Below, one piece after another: positions 55,020 to 64,000 of a DNA stretch of 64,000 bases (the stretch's first letter is position 1; every line of letters begins with the position of its first letter). The translations under genes were made by a program, and so were the position numbers. The DNA is from an uncultured Lentisphaerota bacterium. GTDB taxonomy: Bacteria; Verrucomicrobiota; Lentisphaeria; Victivallales; UBA1829. The notes below the pieces were generated by a model. The model saw only the letters and a program-made list of their open reading frames with translations. It had not been told where the DNA came from and did no database searches. The stretch covers positions 534 to 64,533 of the forward strand of contig ONQZ01000007.1 in NCBI GenBank assembly GCA_900320095.1. Reading direction: 5' to 3'.

Positions 55020-57596
55020 ATGACACCACAAAACAATCCGGACCCGTCTCAAAAGAAATATATCATCGCGATCCCGCTGCTCTTCCTCTTAGCGGTTTGC
55101 TTTTATGCGGTCGCAGCACTAATCACGGGCGGTCCGGTGGACCCGGAGAATGCCGCTGCGGCGACAAAAATTGTTTGTGCGGAGCCCCCCGGTACGCCGA
55201 CAGAACCCCATGTGGAGACCACGCCTGCGGGACGCGGTGGCGGGCAGCGCGGAGATAGACCCTCGGGAGGCATTCCGGTGGAGTTCCAGCCCGGGGATAC
55301 CTCGCCCCTGGAAACCCTGCCCGAGGAAAAACCGCAGATGAAGAACACGCTGGCGGAAATTCAGGGGGATGTGGAACCGATTGTGGAGATCCTGCCGTTG
55401 GAAAGCGATCTGCCGGCAGAGGGCATCGTAAGAAACCGATTCGTCCGGCCGCAGCGATTCCTGACGGACGTCTGCCTGACGCGCGACGGTTCTCTGTGGG
55501 TGACCGCCGAGGCGGGCGGCGTCTGCCGTCTTGGCGACCCGGAAACTGACCGGGAATGGGAGGACATGCGGGCGCAGCCGGGATTCCCGGACACGTCGAA
55601 CTGCACGGCGGTCTGCGAGGATTCGCAGGGGCGGATCTGGGTCGGCACCGCGAGCATGGGCGTACAGGTGTTCGCCGGCGGGAAATGGCGGAGATATGAC
55701 CGGGATTCCGTGCTGGGCGGCAGCCATGTTCACGACCTGGCGAGTTCGGCATCCGGCCTGGTCGCCGTGGCGCACGAAGGGGGCGTGAGCGTGTACGATT
55801 CGAAACGGGACAGCTGGCGCGATTATACGGTCCTGGACGGGCTTCCGTCCGGCGGCGTGCGCGGCGTCTGCTTCGAAGGCGACGACTGGCTGCACTGCGC
55901 GATGGAAAGCGGCGGATATGCCCGGATCAATGTCCGCGATGTCGCGGATGATCATGCGGTGTCCTGTCTGACCGCGCCGGAAACCTGGGGCGCGGAACGC
56001 GCGGTGCTTTTCCCTCTCATGGAATCGGGAACGGGCCTGGGCTCGAATTTCTGCAACGGGATCACGGTTGACGGTTCGGGGCGGGTCTGCATCGCGGGGC
56101 TGAACGGGATAAGCTACGGCAAAGACGGGGATTTCCGGTTTTTGCAGGGACGCGACCTGAAGGCGAAGATGGACGGCGCCGCGTGGAAAGGGCTGATCGC
56201 CGATGAAATAAAGGTGTTCCGGGAGACCGATGCTGCGTTGAAGGAAAGCTATGTGAACTGCGTCCTGCACGGGAAATACGGACTTTGGATCGGTTACCGC
56301 ACACAGGGCGTCGAACAGCGCGCCTCGGGCGATCCGAAGATCATCCGGGATTATTCCTTTCCGAGGGTCAATTCCCCCGTGCGCGGGTTCGTGGAGCTTC
56401 CCGATGGCCGGGTGTTCGCCGCGACCTACGGGGCCGGACTTGTCAAGCTGATCAAATTCGATCCGCTCGACACACCGTCCGCGGCCGTCCGGCAAACGGC
56501 GGACGCGGCGCATCCCTCGTACAGGACCGTCAACCCCGTTTCAGTCCTCCGCGATATCAGGCGGTTCGTCCGGGTGCGCGAAAACCGGCCGGAATGCTGG
56601 GCGCAGTACCTCGGTGAAGACTGGGTCACCAAGGGCGACTGGTGCGGCCGCTACGGCGCGCGGAAACAAGTGCTGTGCGCGATGAACGCACCTTCGTCGA
56701 CCCGCCCCTGGGACGGCGGCGTCTCCAACTCGCAGATATTCGTCGCTGGCGGGATCGGCCCGCACCGGAATCCGAACGGCGACGGACGGAAATCCTGGGT
56801 GGACTGGGAACGCGCGGACGATAACCGTGACGTGCTGCTCCAGATGGAAGACGGCCACCGGACGCAGTCGGAGTGGAACGACAACGGCCAGGAGCACACG
56901 AGGACGTTCGAGGGGCCGGACCTGTGGCTTATGATCCGTCCGGAGCAGGAAAGCGCGGTCTGGCGGTTCTCGATGTATTTCTTCAACTCGAACGGCCGGA
57001 GCGGCAACAACGTCGAACGCGACTACATCATCGAGGTCTATGAATCATCCATGGGTGAGAGCGTCGCCGACTGCATGAAGAAAAAGCCGCTCTGCACGGC
57101 GCGCGTGGCGGATTTTGCCAGCGGCGGCGTGTACAAGACATTCCTCCTGCGGAACAGTTCCCGGCCGGGCATGTGCTTCCAGGTGCGGCTCGTCCGCTAC
57201 GGTTCCCTGAACGTGATCCTGAACGGCATCTTCTTCGACCGTCTGTTCGAGGCGCAGGACGTCAGAAAGGTCCCGGAATACGAGCGGATCGCCGAACAGG
57301 GCGACTACCGTGCGCCGAGGTGGTATGATTGCGGCTGCGAGGAGCTCGAAGGCACGGCCGGCCTTTTCCTCGACCGGTATTTCGACGCGGGCGGTTCGAC
57401 CCGCGGGATCGGCACGATGCCGCAGCTGCGGCTGGCGTTCTACCGGTATGTCCGGACCAGTCTGCCGTCCAACCGCAATCTCGCGGAACGTCTGCGCTGG
57501 GATGCGGCGATCTGGACCGACGCCGACCGCGCGGAATTCGACGCCGCCATGAGGAAATACGCGGAGGAGCGTCAGGCCGCCGGGGCCTCAAAGTAG
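55020..57596 (+). CDS. Membrane-anchored protein with regulator-propeller-type beta-propeller and unnamed C-terminal domain (858 aa)
   Basis: TM anchor, Pro/Glu linker, blades AVCEDSQGRIWVGT and YTVLDGLPSGGVRGV; promoter TTGAAA-17-TATATT at 54914-54942. Confidence 0.75.
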   Translation: MTPQNNPDPSQKKYIIAIPLLFLLAVCFYAVAALITGGPVDPENAAAATKIVCAEPPGTPTEPHVETTPAGRGGGQRGDRPSGGIPVEFQPGDTSPLETLPEEKPQMKNTLAEIQGDVEPIVEILPLESDLPAEGIVRNRFVRPQRFLTDVCLTRDGSLWVTAEAGGVCRLGDPETDREWEDMRAQPGFPDTSNCTAVCEDSQGRIWVGTASMGVQVFAGGKWRRYDRDSVLGGSHVHDLASSASGLVAVAHEGGVSVYDSKRDSWRDYTVLDGLPSGGVRGVCFEGDDWLHCAMESGGYARINVRDVADDHAVSCLTAPETWGAERAVLFPLMESGTGLGSNFCNGITVDGSGRVCIAGLNGISYGKDGDFRFLQGRDLKAKMDGAAWKGLIADEIKVFRETDAALKESYVNCVLHGKYGLWIGYRTQGVEQRASGDPKIIRDYSFPRVNSPVRGFVELPDGRVFAATYGAGLVKLIKFDPLDTPSAAVRQTADAAHPSYRTVNPVSVLRDIRRFVRVRENRPECWAQYLGEDWVTKGDWCGRYGARKQVLCAMNAPSSTRPWDGGVSNSQIFVAGGIGPHRNPNGDGRKSWVDWERADDNRDVLLQMEDGHRTQSEWNDNGQEHTRTFEGPDLWLMIRPEQESAVWRFSMYFFNSNGRSGNNVERDYIIEVYESSMGESVADCMKKKPLCTARVADFASGGVYKTFLLRNSSRPGMCFQVRLVRYGSLNVILNGIFFDRLFEAQDVRKVPEYERIAEQGDYRAPRWYDCGCEELEGTAGLFLDRYFDAGGSTRGIGTMPQLRLAFYRYVRTSLPSNRNLAERLRWDAAIWTDADRAEFDAAMRKYAEERQAAGASK

Positions 57597-57635
57597 GCAG
57601 CGGCGGCGCCCGGATCGGGATGTCCCTTAGCGCTG

Positions 57636-59051
57636 TTATTCCGCGGGAGCGGTCGGCGCGACGGGGACGTACCCCGTTTCTTCCACGAGCTTCTGCCCCT
57701 CCGGCGAAAGCATGAAGTCCACGATCTTCTGCACGTTTTCGGAGCGCGGGCCTTTCGTGACCATGTAAACCGTCGTGACAAGCGGATAGGAGCCGTCGCG
57801 GATGTTCTCGACGGTCGGCGCGACGCCGTCGACGGAGAGCAGCTTGATCTGGTCGTTGCGGAGCAGTTCCGTGGAGTAGTAGCGGAACGAGAACCCGAGG
57901 GCGGCCCTGTAGTTCCGGTAGTTCGCCGTGTCATTGATGATATCGCCCATGCCGCCGAGACGGTCCTCCTTCAGCGGCGGCATGATCGGCGTGTCGCCCA
58001 TGAGCTTCTGAAGCGTCGTCTGGCTGCCGCTCCCCTCGTTGCGCTGGAACGGGATGATCTTCGTGCTGAACGGCGCGCCGACTTCCTTCCAGTCCGTGAT
58101 CTTCCCGCTGTAAATCCCCTTGATCTGCTCCGTCGTGAGGTTGTCGACCGGGTTTTTAGCGTTCACGTAGAAGACGAAGGCGTCCATGCAGAACGGCGTG
58201 AGCTCGTATTTGACCCCGGCGGCTTCCGCCTCCTCCGCCTGCTTTTTCGACGGCGCCAGCGCGAAGATCAGGTCGCGTTCCCCGTTCAGCAATTCCTTGC
58301 AAATGAAGTCCGATCCGTCGGTCGTGACATATTGGGAATGCGCCGCGGTAGCATCCGGGTACATCCCCTGCGCCATGGCGGCGTAGATCGGGTAAAGCGC
58401 ATACGCGCCGTTCAGACGAGGGAGTTCGTTTGTCTTGTACCCGCTCTCCCCGCTGAACACCAGGGAATACTCCGCCGGGATCTCCACCTTCACCAGCTTG
58501 TTGCCCTCCCTAAACGGCCTGTATTGTCGCCAGTCGACCTCTTTTACGACCGGATAACGGTCGACCGTCCACCAGGTGTATGCGCGGAACCCGAAGAAAC
58601 CCAGGACGCAGGCGAGCAGGACGCAGACTGAAATGTTCCTGATTTTTCTCGCGCCGAATCTCCATGTCAGGAGACAAACACCCAGGCTCAGGATGAACAG
58701 GGACCAGAGGGGGAAATAAAAGCCTCTGTGGAGAGATCCCATGCTGATGCTGATGGTGCCCACAAACCATACGGGCCCAAGTCCCAGAAGCAAAAGAATC
58801 ACGAGCAAAGACAACAGCGTGCTCCAGACGGATACACGTTTCCTTTTGTATTGCATCCCCGCCGCGGCATCTTCGCGGAAGGCGCGTTCGATGGCAAGAC
58901 GTTTCCGCTCGGCTTCCTCTTCTTCGGCGGAACGCTGCGCGCCCTGTTCGCCGGTCGGTTTGTTTTTCAGGTCGTGCCCGGGGATGTATTCGGAGATATC
59001 GGGTCCGCCGGTTCCCGCCGGATTCGTTTTGTCCGTATTGTCGTCCTGCAT
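57636..59051 (-). CDS. PstS-like periplasmic binding protein with three N-terminal TM helices (471 aa)
   Basis: DAFVFYVNAKNPVDNLTTEQIKGIYSGKITDWKEVG, QRNEGSGSQT, LSVDGVAPT, GSYPL; promoter TTGCAA-17-TATATT at 59091-59119. Confidence 0.85.
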   Translation of the reverse strand: MQDDNTDKTNPAGTGGPDISEYIPGHDLKNKPTGEQGAQRSAEEEEAERKRLAIERAFREDAAAGMQYKRKRVSVWSTLLSLLVILLLLGLGPVWFVGTISISMGSLHRGFYFPLWSLFILSLGVCLLTWRFGARKIRNISVCVLLACVLGFFGFRAYTWWTVDRYPVVKEVDWRQYRPFREGNKLVKVEIPAEYSLVFSGESGYKTNELPRLNGAYALYPIYAAMAQGMYPDATAAHSQYVTTDGSDFICKELLNGERDLIFALAPSKKQAEEAEAAGVKYELTPFCMDAFVFYVNAKNPVDNLTTEQIKGIYSGKITDWKEVGAPFSTKIIPFQRNEGSGSQTTLQKLMGDTPIMPPLKEDRLGGMGDIINDTANYRNYRAALGFSFRYYSTELLRNDQIKLLSVDGVAPTVENIRDGSYPLVTTVYMVTKGPRSENVQKIVDFMLSPEGQKLVEETGYVPVAPTAPAE

Positions 59052-59357
59052 GTCGGTTTCCTTCCGTTCCTGTTTGATTGTCTGCACGCAAATATACCAT
59101 CTTCTTTTGCTCTTTGCAAGTTCTTTTTCGTAAAAAGAGACGGATAACCACGCCGACTGTCTCTGCCGCCGGATTCCGCATTACGTTAATTTCACGTTAC
59201 AGGCGGTGTTTTTCCATTCTTTTCTATAGGAAACACCGGGTCGGGCGCTTGTTTTTTTCGTGACGCGTGATATATTTCTACCAAATATAGTCTAAACGAA
59301 TTGCGCCGCGGGCCGAACTCGCGGCGTGCACCACCCTAAAATATAAGGAACACGATC

Positions 59358-62048
59358 ATGACACGTATGAAACGCCTCATCCCCGCGCTTCTCTGTGCCT
59401 CGCTCTCCATCGGTTCGCTCCGCGCCGCGGAATGGACCGCGGATCAACTGAGACTTTCGGCTCCGTACCTGCAGCTCGGCTATTTCGACCAGGGCCGCCA
59501 CAACGCTTCCGTCGAGGGCCGTCCCATCAGCATCGGCGGCGTCAGCTACCCCGCGAACTCCGTCGGCCTCCACGCAGAAGGCGAGTTCATCCTGAAGCTC
59601 GACGGCAAGGCGGTGCGCGCGACCGGCGCGGTCGGCATCGACGACGACACGAACGGGCAGGGCAGCGTCAATTTCCAGTGGTACGACGCCTCCGGCAGCA
59701 ACATGAAGCTGCTGTGGGAATCCAAGGAAATGAAAGGCGGCGACAAGGCCAAAGAATTCTCCATCAACCTCAACGGCATTACGCGGCTGCGTTTCGTGGC
59801 TGCCCAGGGAGCCGATATGGACTACGATCACGCAGACCTCGTGAACTTCAAGATCGAATACAACGGAGCGGCGCCCGAGCAGCAGTCTCTCGGCGGCGCG
59901 GCAGGCGCGTTTGAAACCAACCGCCTGACCTGGAACCTCACCGGCAACGTCGGCGCCGAGCTCCGTCAGGGCGTCTTCGGCGCGTTGAAACAGCCCGCCA
60001 ATCCCGCCATGGGCCAGGGCCGTCCCGGACAGGGCGGACGTCCCGGCGGATTCGGCGGCGGCCGAGGCGGATTCGGCGGCGGCACGCAGAGCGCCATCGC
60101 GGCGTGGCCGCGTCTGCCCTCCGAGGTCATGGAACCCTCCATCTACATCATTCAGGAAGACGGCACGCACAACCTCGAGCTCCGCATCGCGAAGAAGTCC
60201 GTCCGCCAGCTCGACGACGAGCGCACGGAAGCGGCGTATGAGCTGAAGGACCCGCTGTACCCCGTCACGGTCACCCTGATCGCCACGGCGTACAAGACCG
60301 CCGACGTCTTCACCTCGCAGATCATCGTGAAGAACAACGGCGAAAAGAACATCACGCTGCTCAACCGCGACGCCGCGTTCATCAACCTGCCGTTCACCAA
60401 CGACACCTACCTCACCAGCTTCTACGGCGACTGGGGCCGCGAAATGACCGAGATCCACGAGGACAAGGTCGGCCGCGGCGTGCTGAAGCACCTCACCAAC
60501 AAAGGGTCGCGCGTCGCCGTCCCGGACTATCCGGGCTGCTACATCTCCTTCGACGGCAAGCTCCAGGAGGAGAAGGGCCGCGTCTTCGCCGCCGCCATCG
60601 CATGGAGCGGCAGCTGGGAGTACAGCATCACCACCACGCAGAACAATACCGTGTTTTTCGCCGCCGGCGTCCCCGGCACCCCGACCATCTTGAAGCCCGG
60701 CGAGGACTACAACTCCCCGAAGATCGTCATGACGTTCTCCAACGAGGGCGCCGGCCAGGCTTCGCGCAACCTCCACAACTACGGCCGCATGTACGGCGTG
60801 TACAACGGCGACAAGCAGCGCCCGCTTGTGCTGAACAGCTGGGAAGGCACCTACATGGACTTCACCGAAGCCAAGCTTGACAAGTACATTCCCGCCGCCG
60901 CCAAGCTCGGCGTCGAATACTTCGTGCTCGACGACGGCTGGTTCGGCGACAAGTACCCGCGCAACAACGACCGTCAGGGCCTCGGCGACTGGATGGTCAA
61001 CAAGGCCAAGCTCCCGAACGGAATCGAACACCTCTGCGACCTGTGCGAACAGAACGGCATCAAGTTCGGCATCTGGGTCGAGCCCGAAATGGTCTGCCCG
61101 AGGAGCGAACTCTTCGACGCGCATCCCGAATACGCCACCGAGCTGAAGGGCCGCGGCGTCCAGCTCATCCGCAACCAGCGCGTCCTCGACCTCGCCAACC
61201 CCGTCGTCGAAGAATACGTCTACAAATGCGTCGCGGACATCCTGAGGGAGCATCCGCGCGTCGCCTACATCAAGTGGGACCACAACGCCACCCTCGGCGC
61301 CAACCCCGGCAGCCACGCCGACCTCGACAACCAGGGCGCGTTCTCCGATAAGTTCACCGAGGCCTATTATCGCATCATGGCGCGCCTCCGCAAGGAATTC
61401 CCGAACGTGATCTTCCAGGCCTGCGGTTCCGGCGGCATGCGCGGCGACATCGGCGCGTTGCAGTACAGCGAGGAGATCTGGGGCAGCGACCAGACCAACG
61501 GCATCAACCGCATCTCCATCCAGTGGGGCTGGAGCCACTTCCTCCCGGTCAAGGCCGTCGCCGCCCACGTCGGCTGCCTCGGCGAAGGCGACTACAAGTT
61601 CCGCACCGACGTCGCCATGACCGCACGTCTTGGCGTCGAGCTCGATCCGGATTCCCAGGGTGCCCGCAGGCTGGATAACGTCGACAACATCGCGAAGGGC
61701 ATCGCCGTCTACAAGCAGCTCCGTCCGCTCCTGCACAGCGCCGACCTCTACCGCGGCCGCAGCCCGATGGATTCCCAGACGACCGAACTCACGTTCGTCG
61801 CCCAGGATAAGTCCGAGGCCGTCTTCTTCGGCTTCAAGCGCGACCGCGGCGCGAGGACCGAGACTATCAAGGCATCCGGTCTCGACCCGAACGCGAAGTA
61901 CAAGCTGACCGAGATGAACCCCGACACCGAGCCTCGCATTGCAGCCGGACAGACCCTCACGGGTGCCCAGCTCATGCAGAACGGCGTCCAGGTCAAGTTC
62001 CCGGACAAAGTCTCCAGCGTGAACATCAAGCTCGACAAGGTCCAGTGA
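59358..62048 (+). CDS. GH36 alpha-galactosidase with N-terminal NPCBM domain, secreted
   Basis: Signal peptide; NPCBM (PISIGGVSY...GLHA...GAVGIDD); LNSWEG, VLDDGWFG, FGIWVEPEMV, IKWDHN nucleophile, WGSD acid/base. Confidence 0.93.
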   Translation: MTRMKRLIPALLCASLSIGSLRAAEWTADQLRLSAPYLQLGYFDQGRHNASVEGRPISIGGVSYPANSVGLHAEGEFILKLDGKAVRATGAVGIDDDTNGQGSVNFQWYDASGSNMKLLWESKEMKGGDKAKEFSINLNGITRLRFVAAQGADMDYDHADLVNFKIEYNGAAPEQQSLGGAAGAFETNRLTWNLTGNVGAELRQGVFGALKQPANPAMGQGRPGQGGRPGGFGGGRGGFGGGTQSAIAAWPRLPSEVMEPSIYIIQEDGTHNLELRIAKKSVRQLDDERTEAAYELKDPLYPVTVTLIATAYKTADVFTSQIIVKNNGEKNITLLNRDAAFINLPFTNDTYLTSFYGDWGREMTEIHEDKVGRGVLKHLTNKGSRVAVPDYPGCYISFDGKLQEEKGRVFAAAIAWSGSWEYSITTTQNNTVFFAAGVPGTPTILKPGEDYNSPKIVMTFSNEGAGQASRNLHNYGRMYGVYNGDKQRPLVLNSWEGTYMDFTEAKLDKYIPAAAKLGVEYFVLDDGWFGDKYPRNNDRQGLGDWMVNKAKLPNGIEHLCDLCEQNGIKFGIWVEPEMVCPRSELFDAHPEYATELKGRGVQLIRNQRVLDLANPVVEEYVYKCVADILREHPRVAYIKWDHNATLGANPGSHADLDNQGAFSDKFTEAYYRIMARLRKEFPNVIFQACGSGGMRGDIGALQYSEEIWGSDQTNGINRISIQWGWSHFLPVKAVAAHVGCLGEGDYKFRTDVAMTARLGVELDPDSQGARRLDNVDNIAKGIAVYKQLRPLLHSADLYRGRSPMDSQTTELTFVAQDKSEAVFFGFKRDRGARTETIKASGLDPNAKYKLTEMNPDTEPRIAAGQTLTGAQLMQNGVQVKFPDKVSSVNIKLDKVQ

Positions 62049-62083
62049 GCTGAATCCCGCTGACATATCTCGGCAAAAACAGC

Positions 62084-62118
62084 GCGGACGCCGGAATCGA
62101 AACCGGCGTCCGCTTTTT
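62084..62118 (+). terminator. Terminator between the convergent GH36 and hydrolase genes
   Basis: GCGGACGCCGG-AATCGAAA-CCGGCGTCCGC followed by T5. Confidence 0.85.
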
Positions 62119-62166
62119 GCGTCCGCGAGGGGAGGGGGATCTGAGGTGAAATGAGGGTAATAAATG

Positions 62167-62958
62167 TCAGCCCGTGATGCGGACCGCCGCGTTTCCGGCG
62201 TCCTCCGGCGGCTTCACGCCCGCGAGGCGCGCGAACCACTCGAAACTGTGCGCCGGATACTGTTCGTGTTCGCCGTCGAACACCTCGAAATACACCTCGT
62301 CTGCGCCCGCCGCCTCGAGTTTCCGCACGAACTCGGCGGAATGCCGGTACGGGACGACGGTGTCGTGTCTGCCGTGATGCACGGAGACGGGGAGGTCTTT
62401 CAGTTTTTCGAGGCGGGTCGAGGGGGACCGCAGCGCGTATTCGTCCGGCACGCCCGCCGGGGCGCCGCCCAGGCACGCCTCCATGTCATGCACATAATGC
62501 TGCCGCGTTTCCGTGAGGTATGCGTGCCACGCCGTGAGGTCGGATACCGGGCACCAGACGTCTACGGCGCGGAACACCTCCGGCGCGTCCTCGGCGGTCA
62601 GGAGCGCGGCGTGTCCTCCGCCCGAACACCCGAGCAGAAAGATGTTGTCGTAGTCGACCGCCGAAGTCCGCAGGACATGGTCCACGGCGTCGAGGATGTC
62701 GCGCCTCGCCCTGAGGCTGCCGCAGGCGTCGTGCCGATGCGGATTCGAGGCGAGGTTCGGCCCGCGGAATTCCGGCAGGAGCAGCGCCCAGCCGTACTTT
62801 TCGCACAACGGCAGATAATTGTCAGCCTGATTGAACCGGTCGTAGCTCCAGGTGTGCAGCCCGACGACGAGCGGGACCGGGGCGTCCGTCTCCGGACGGA
62901 AGAACAGCGACGGCTGAAGCGTGCCGTCGAGCGTGGATTTTACTTGGATCTCGTTCAT
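62167..62958 (-). CDS. Alpha/beta hydrolase, prolyl oligopeptidase (S9)-like
   Basis: VGLHTWS, FLLGCSGGG nucleophile elbow, HHGRHDTVVP, C-terminal FDGEHE. Confidence 0.85.
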   Translation of the reverse strand: MNEIQVKSTLDGTLQPSLFFRPETDAPVPLVVGLHTWSYDRFNQADNYLPLCEKYGWALLLPEFRGPNLASNPHRHDACGSLRARRDILDAVDHVLRTSAVDYDNIFLLGCSGGGHAALLTAEDAPEVFRAVDVWCPVSDLTAWHAYLTETRQHYVHDMEACLGGAPAGVPDEYALRSPSTRLEKLKDLPVSVHHGRHDTVVPYRHSAEFVRKLEAAGADEVYFEVFDGEHEQYPAHSFEWFARLAGVKPPEDAGNAAVRITG

Positions 62959-62992
62959 GGTCTCACCTCGTCCTGTGTTCATGTTCGGATTG

Positions 62993-63028
62993 AAAAAACT
63001 CCTCCCCGCGCGGCCGTGCGGAGAGGAG
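62993..63028 (-). terminator. Terminator of cysK
   Basis: Minus strand CTCCTCTCCGC...GCGGGGAGGAG followed by T6. Confidence 0.75.
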
Positions 63029-63054
63029 CGACTGCAAAGGAAAGCTTTCCGGTC

Positions 63055-63972
63055 TTACTCGAAGAGCCAGGTGGAAAGATAGCGTTCGCCGGTGTCCGGG
63101 AGCAGCGCCACGATGCGCTTGCCCGCGAACTCGGGACGTTTCGCAAGTTCGAGCGCCGCGAAGAGCGCCGCGCCGGAGCTGATGCCGACGAGCAGGCCCT
63201 CCTTCGCTGCCGCCTCGCGCGCCGTGCGTCCGGCGTCCGCCGCCGAGACGCCGATCACCTCGGAGATGAGGCCGGTGTTCAGCACTTTCGGCACGAATCC
63301 CGCGCCGATGCCCTGGATCTTGTGCGGACCGGGCGCGCCGCCCGCGAGCACGGGGCTGGTGTCCGGTTCGACCGCGAAGATCTTCACGCCGGGGTTCTTT
63401 TCGCGCAGGTACTCGCCGACGCCCGTCAGCGTGCCGCCCGTGCCGACGCCCGCCACGAACGCGTCGACCTTGCCGTCGGCGTCCGCCCAGATCTCCGGGC
63501 CGGTGTGCGCCTTGTGGTACGCCGGGTTCGCCGGGTTCTCGAACTGCTGCGGGATGAACGAGCCGGGGTTGGCATCGCGGAGCTCGAGCGCCTTCGCGAT
63601 CGCGCCCTTCATGCCCTTCGTGCCTTCGGTCAGCACGATCTCAGCGCCGTACGCCTGCGCCAGCTTGCGGCGCTCCACGCTCATCGTCTCCGGCATGGTC
63701 AGGATCAGGCGGTAGCCCTTCACCGCCGCCACGAACGCCAGCCCGATGCCCGTGTTGCCGCTCGTCGGCTCAATGATAAGCGCGCCCGGCTTCAGCGCGC
63801 CGGACTGTTCGGCGGCCTCGATCATGGCGAACGCGATGCGGTCCTTCACGGAGCCGCCGGGGTTGAAGTATTCGACCTTCACGACGACTTCCGCCGCGCT
63901 GGAGTTCAGTTTGTTGATGCGGACCAGAGGGGTGCCGCCGATCTTTTCGAGGATGTTGTTTGCGATGCTCAT
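63055..63972 (-). CDS. cysK: Cysteine synthase A
   Basis: [12 protein letters not shown] (PLP Lys), [39 protein letters not shown]. Confidence 0.98.
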   Translation of the reverse strand: MSIANNILEKIGGTPLVRINKLNSSAAEVVVKVEYFNPGGSVKDRIAFAMIEAAEQSGALKPGALIIEPTSGNTGIGLAFVAAVKGYRLILTMPETMSVERRKLAQAYGAEIVLTEGTKGMKGAIAKALELRDANPGSFIPQQFENPANPAYHKAHTGPEIWADADGKVDAFVAGVGTGGTLTGVGEYLREKNPGVKIFAVEPDTSPVLAGGAPGPHKIQGIGAGFVPKVLNTGLISEVIGVSAADAGRTAREAAAKEGLLVGISSGAALFAALELAKRPEFAGKRIVALLPDTGERYLSTWLFE

Positions 63973-64000
63973 AGGAAGTGTCTCCTTTCGGGGTTGATTT

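Overview
A GC-rich bacterial chromosome segment, most likely PVC superphylum and probably Lentisphaeria-like (inferred from the RpoB beta-i9 region and EF-Tu switch-I signature; not database-checked). The core (21.6-41.3 kb) is tRNA-Thr-tuf-rpmG-tRNA-Trp-secE-nusG-rplKAJL-rpoBC-rpsLG-fusA-rpsJ-rplCDWB-rpsS, and the S10 operon stops at a terminator after rpsS. The flanks hold envelope and metabolic genes: partial ZnuA-like SBP, MEMO-AMMECR1 fusion, tRNA-Cys, GT4, Nif3, Wzx-like flippase, site-2 protease, LdcA, UPF1-like helicase, DEDD exonuclease, AKR, rubrerythrin, TPR-TPR-ExbB-ExbD-ExbD, MurC-like ligase, rplM-rpsI-argC, a beta-propeller protein, a PstS-like protein, GH36, an S9 hydrolase and cysK. 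No integrase, transposase, CRISPR array or rRNA was found. The best candidate for an undescribed system is at 0.6-8.1 kb: three secreted proteins share a C-terminal G-x-P-L-P + transmembrane + basic-tail sorting signal (PEP-CTERM/VPLPA-CTERM-like), and each full-size cargo gene is followed by its own ~770-aa membrane-anchored TPR paralogue. Other leads are a 164-nt 6S-like RNA at 21264-21427 (minus), a rod-like RNA element with a competing 23-bp repeat at the S10 break, a TonB-less ExbB/ExbD/ExbD-TPR motor operon, and natural antibiotic-target variants (RpoB H526N, S12 K88R, non-canonical EF-Tu switch I). All family calls come from motif recognition by eye.
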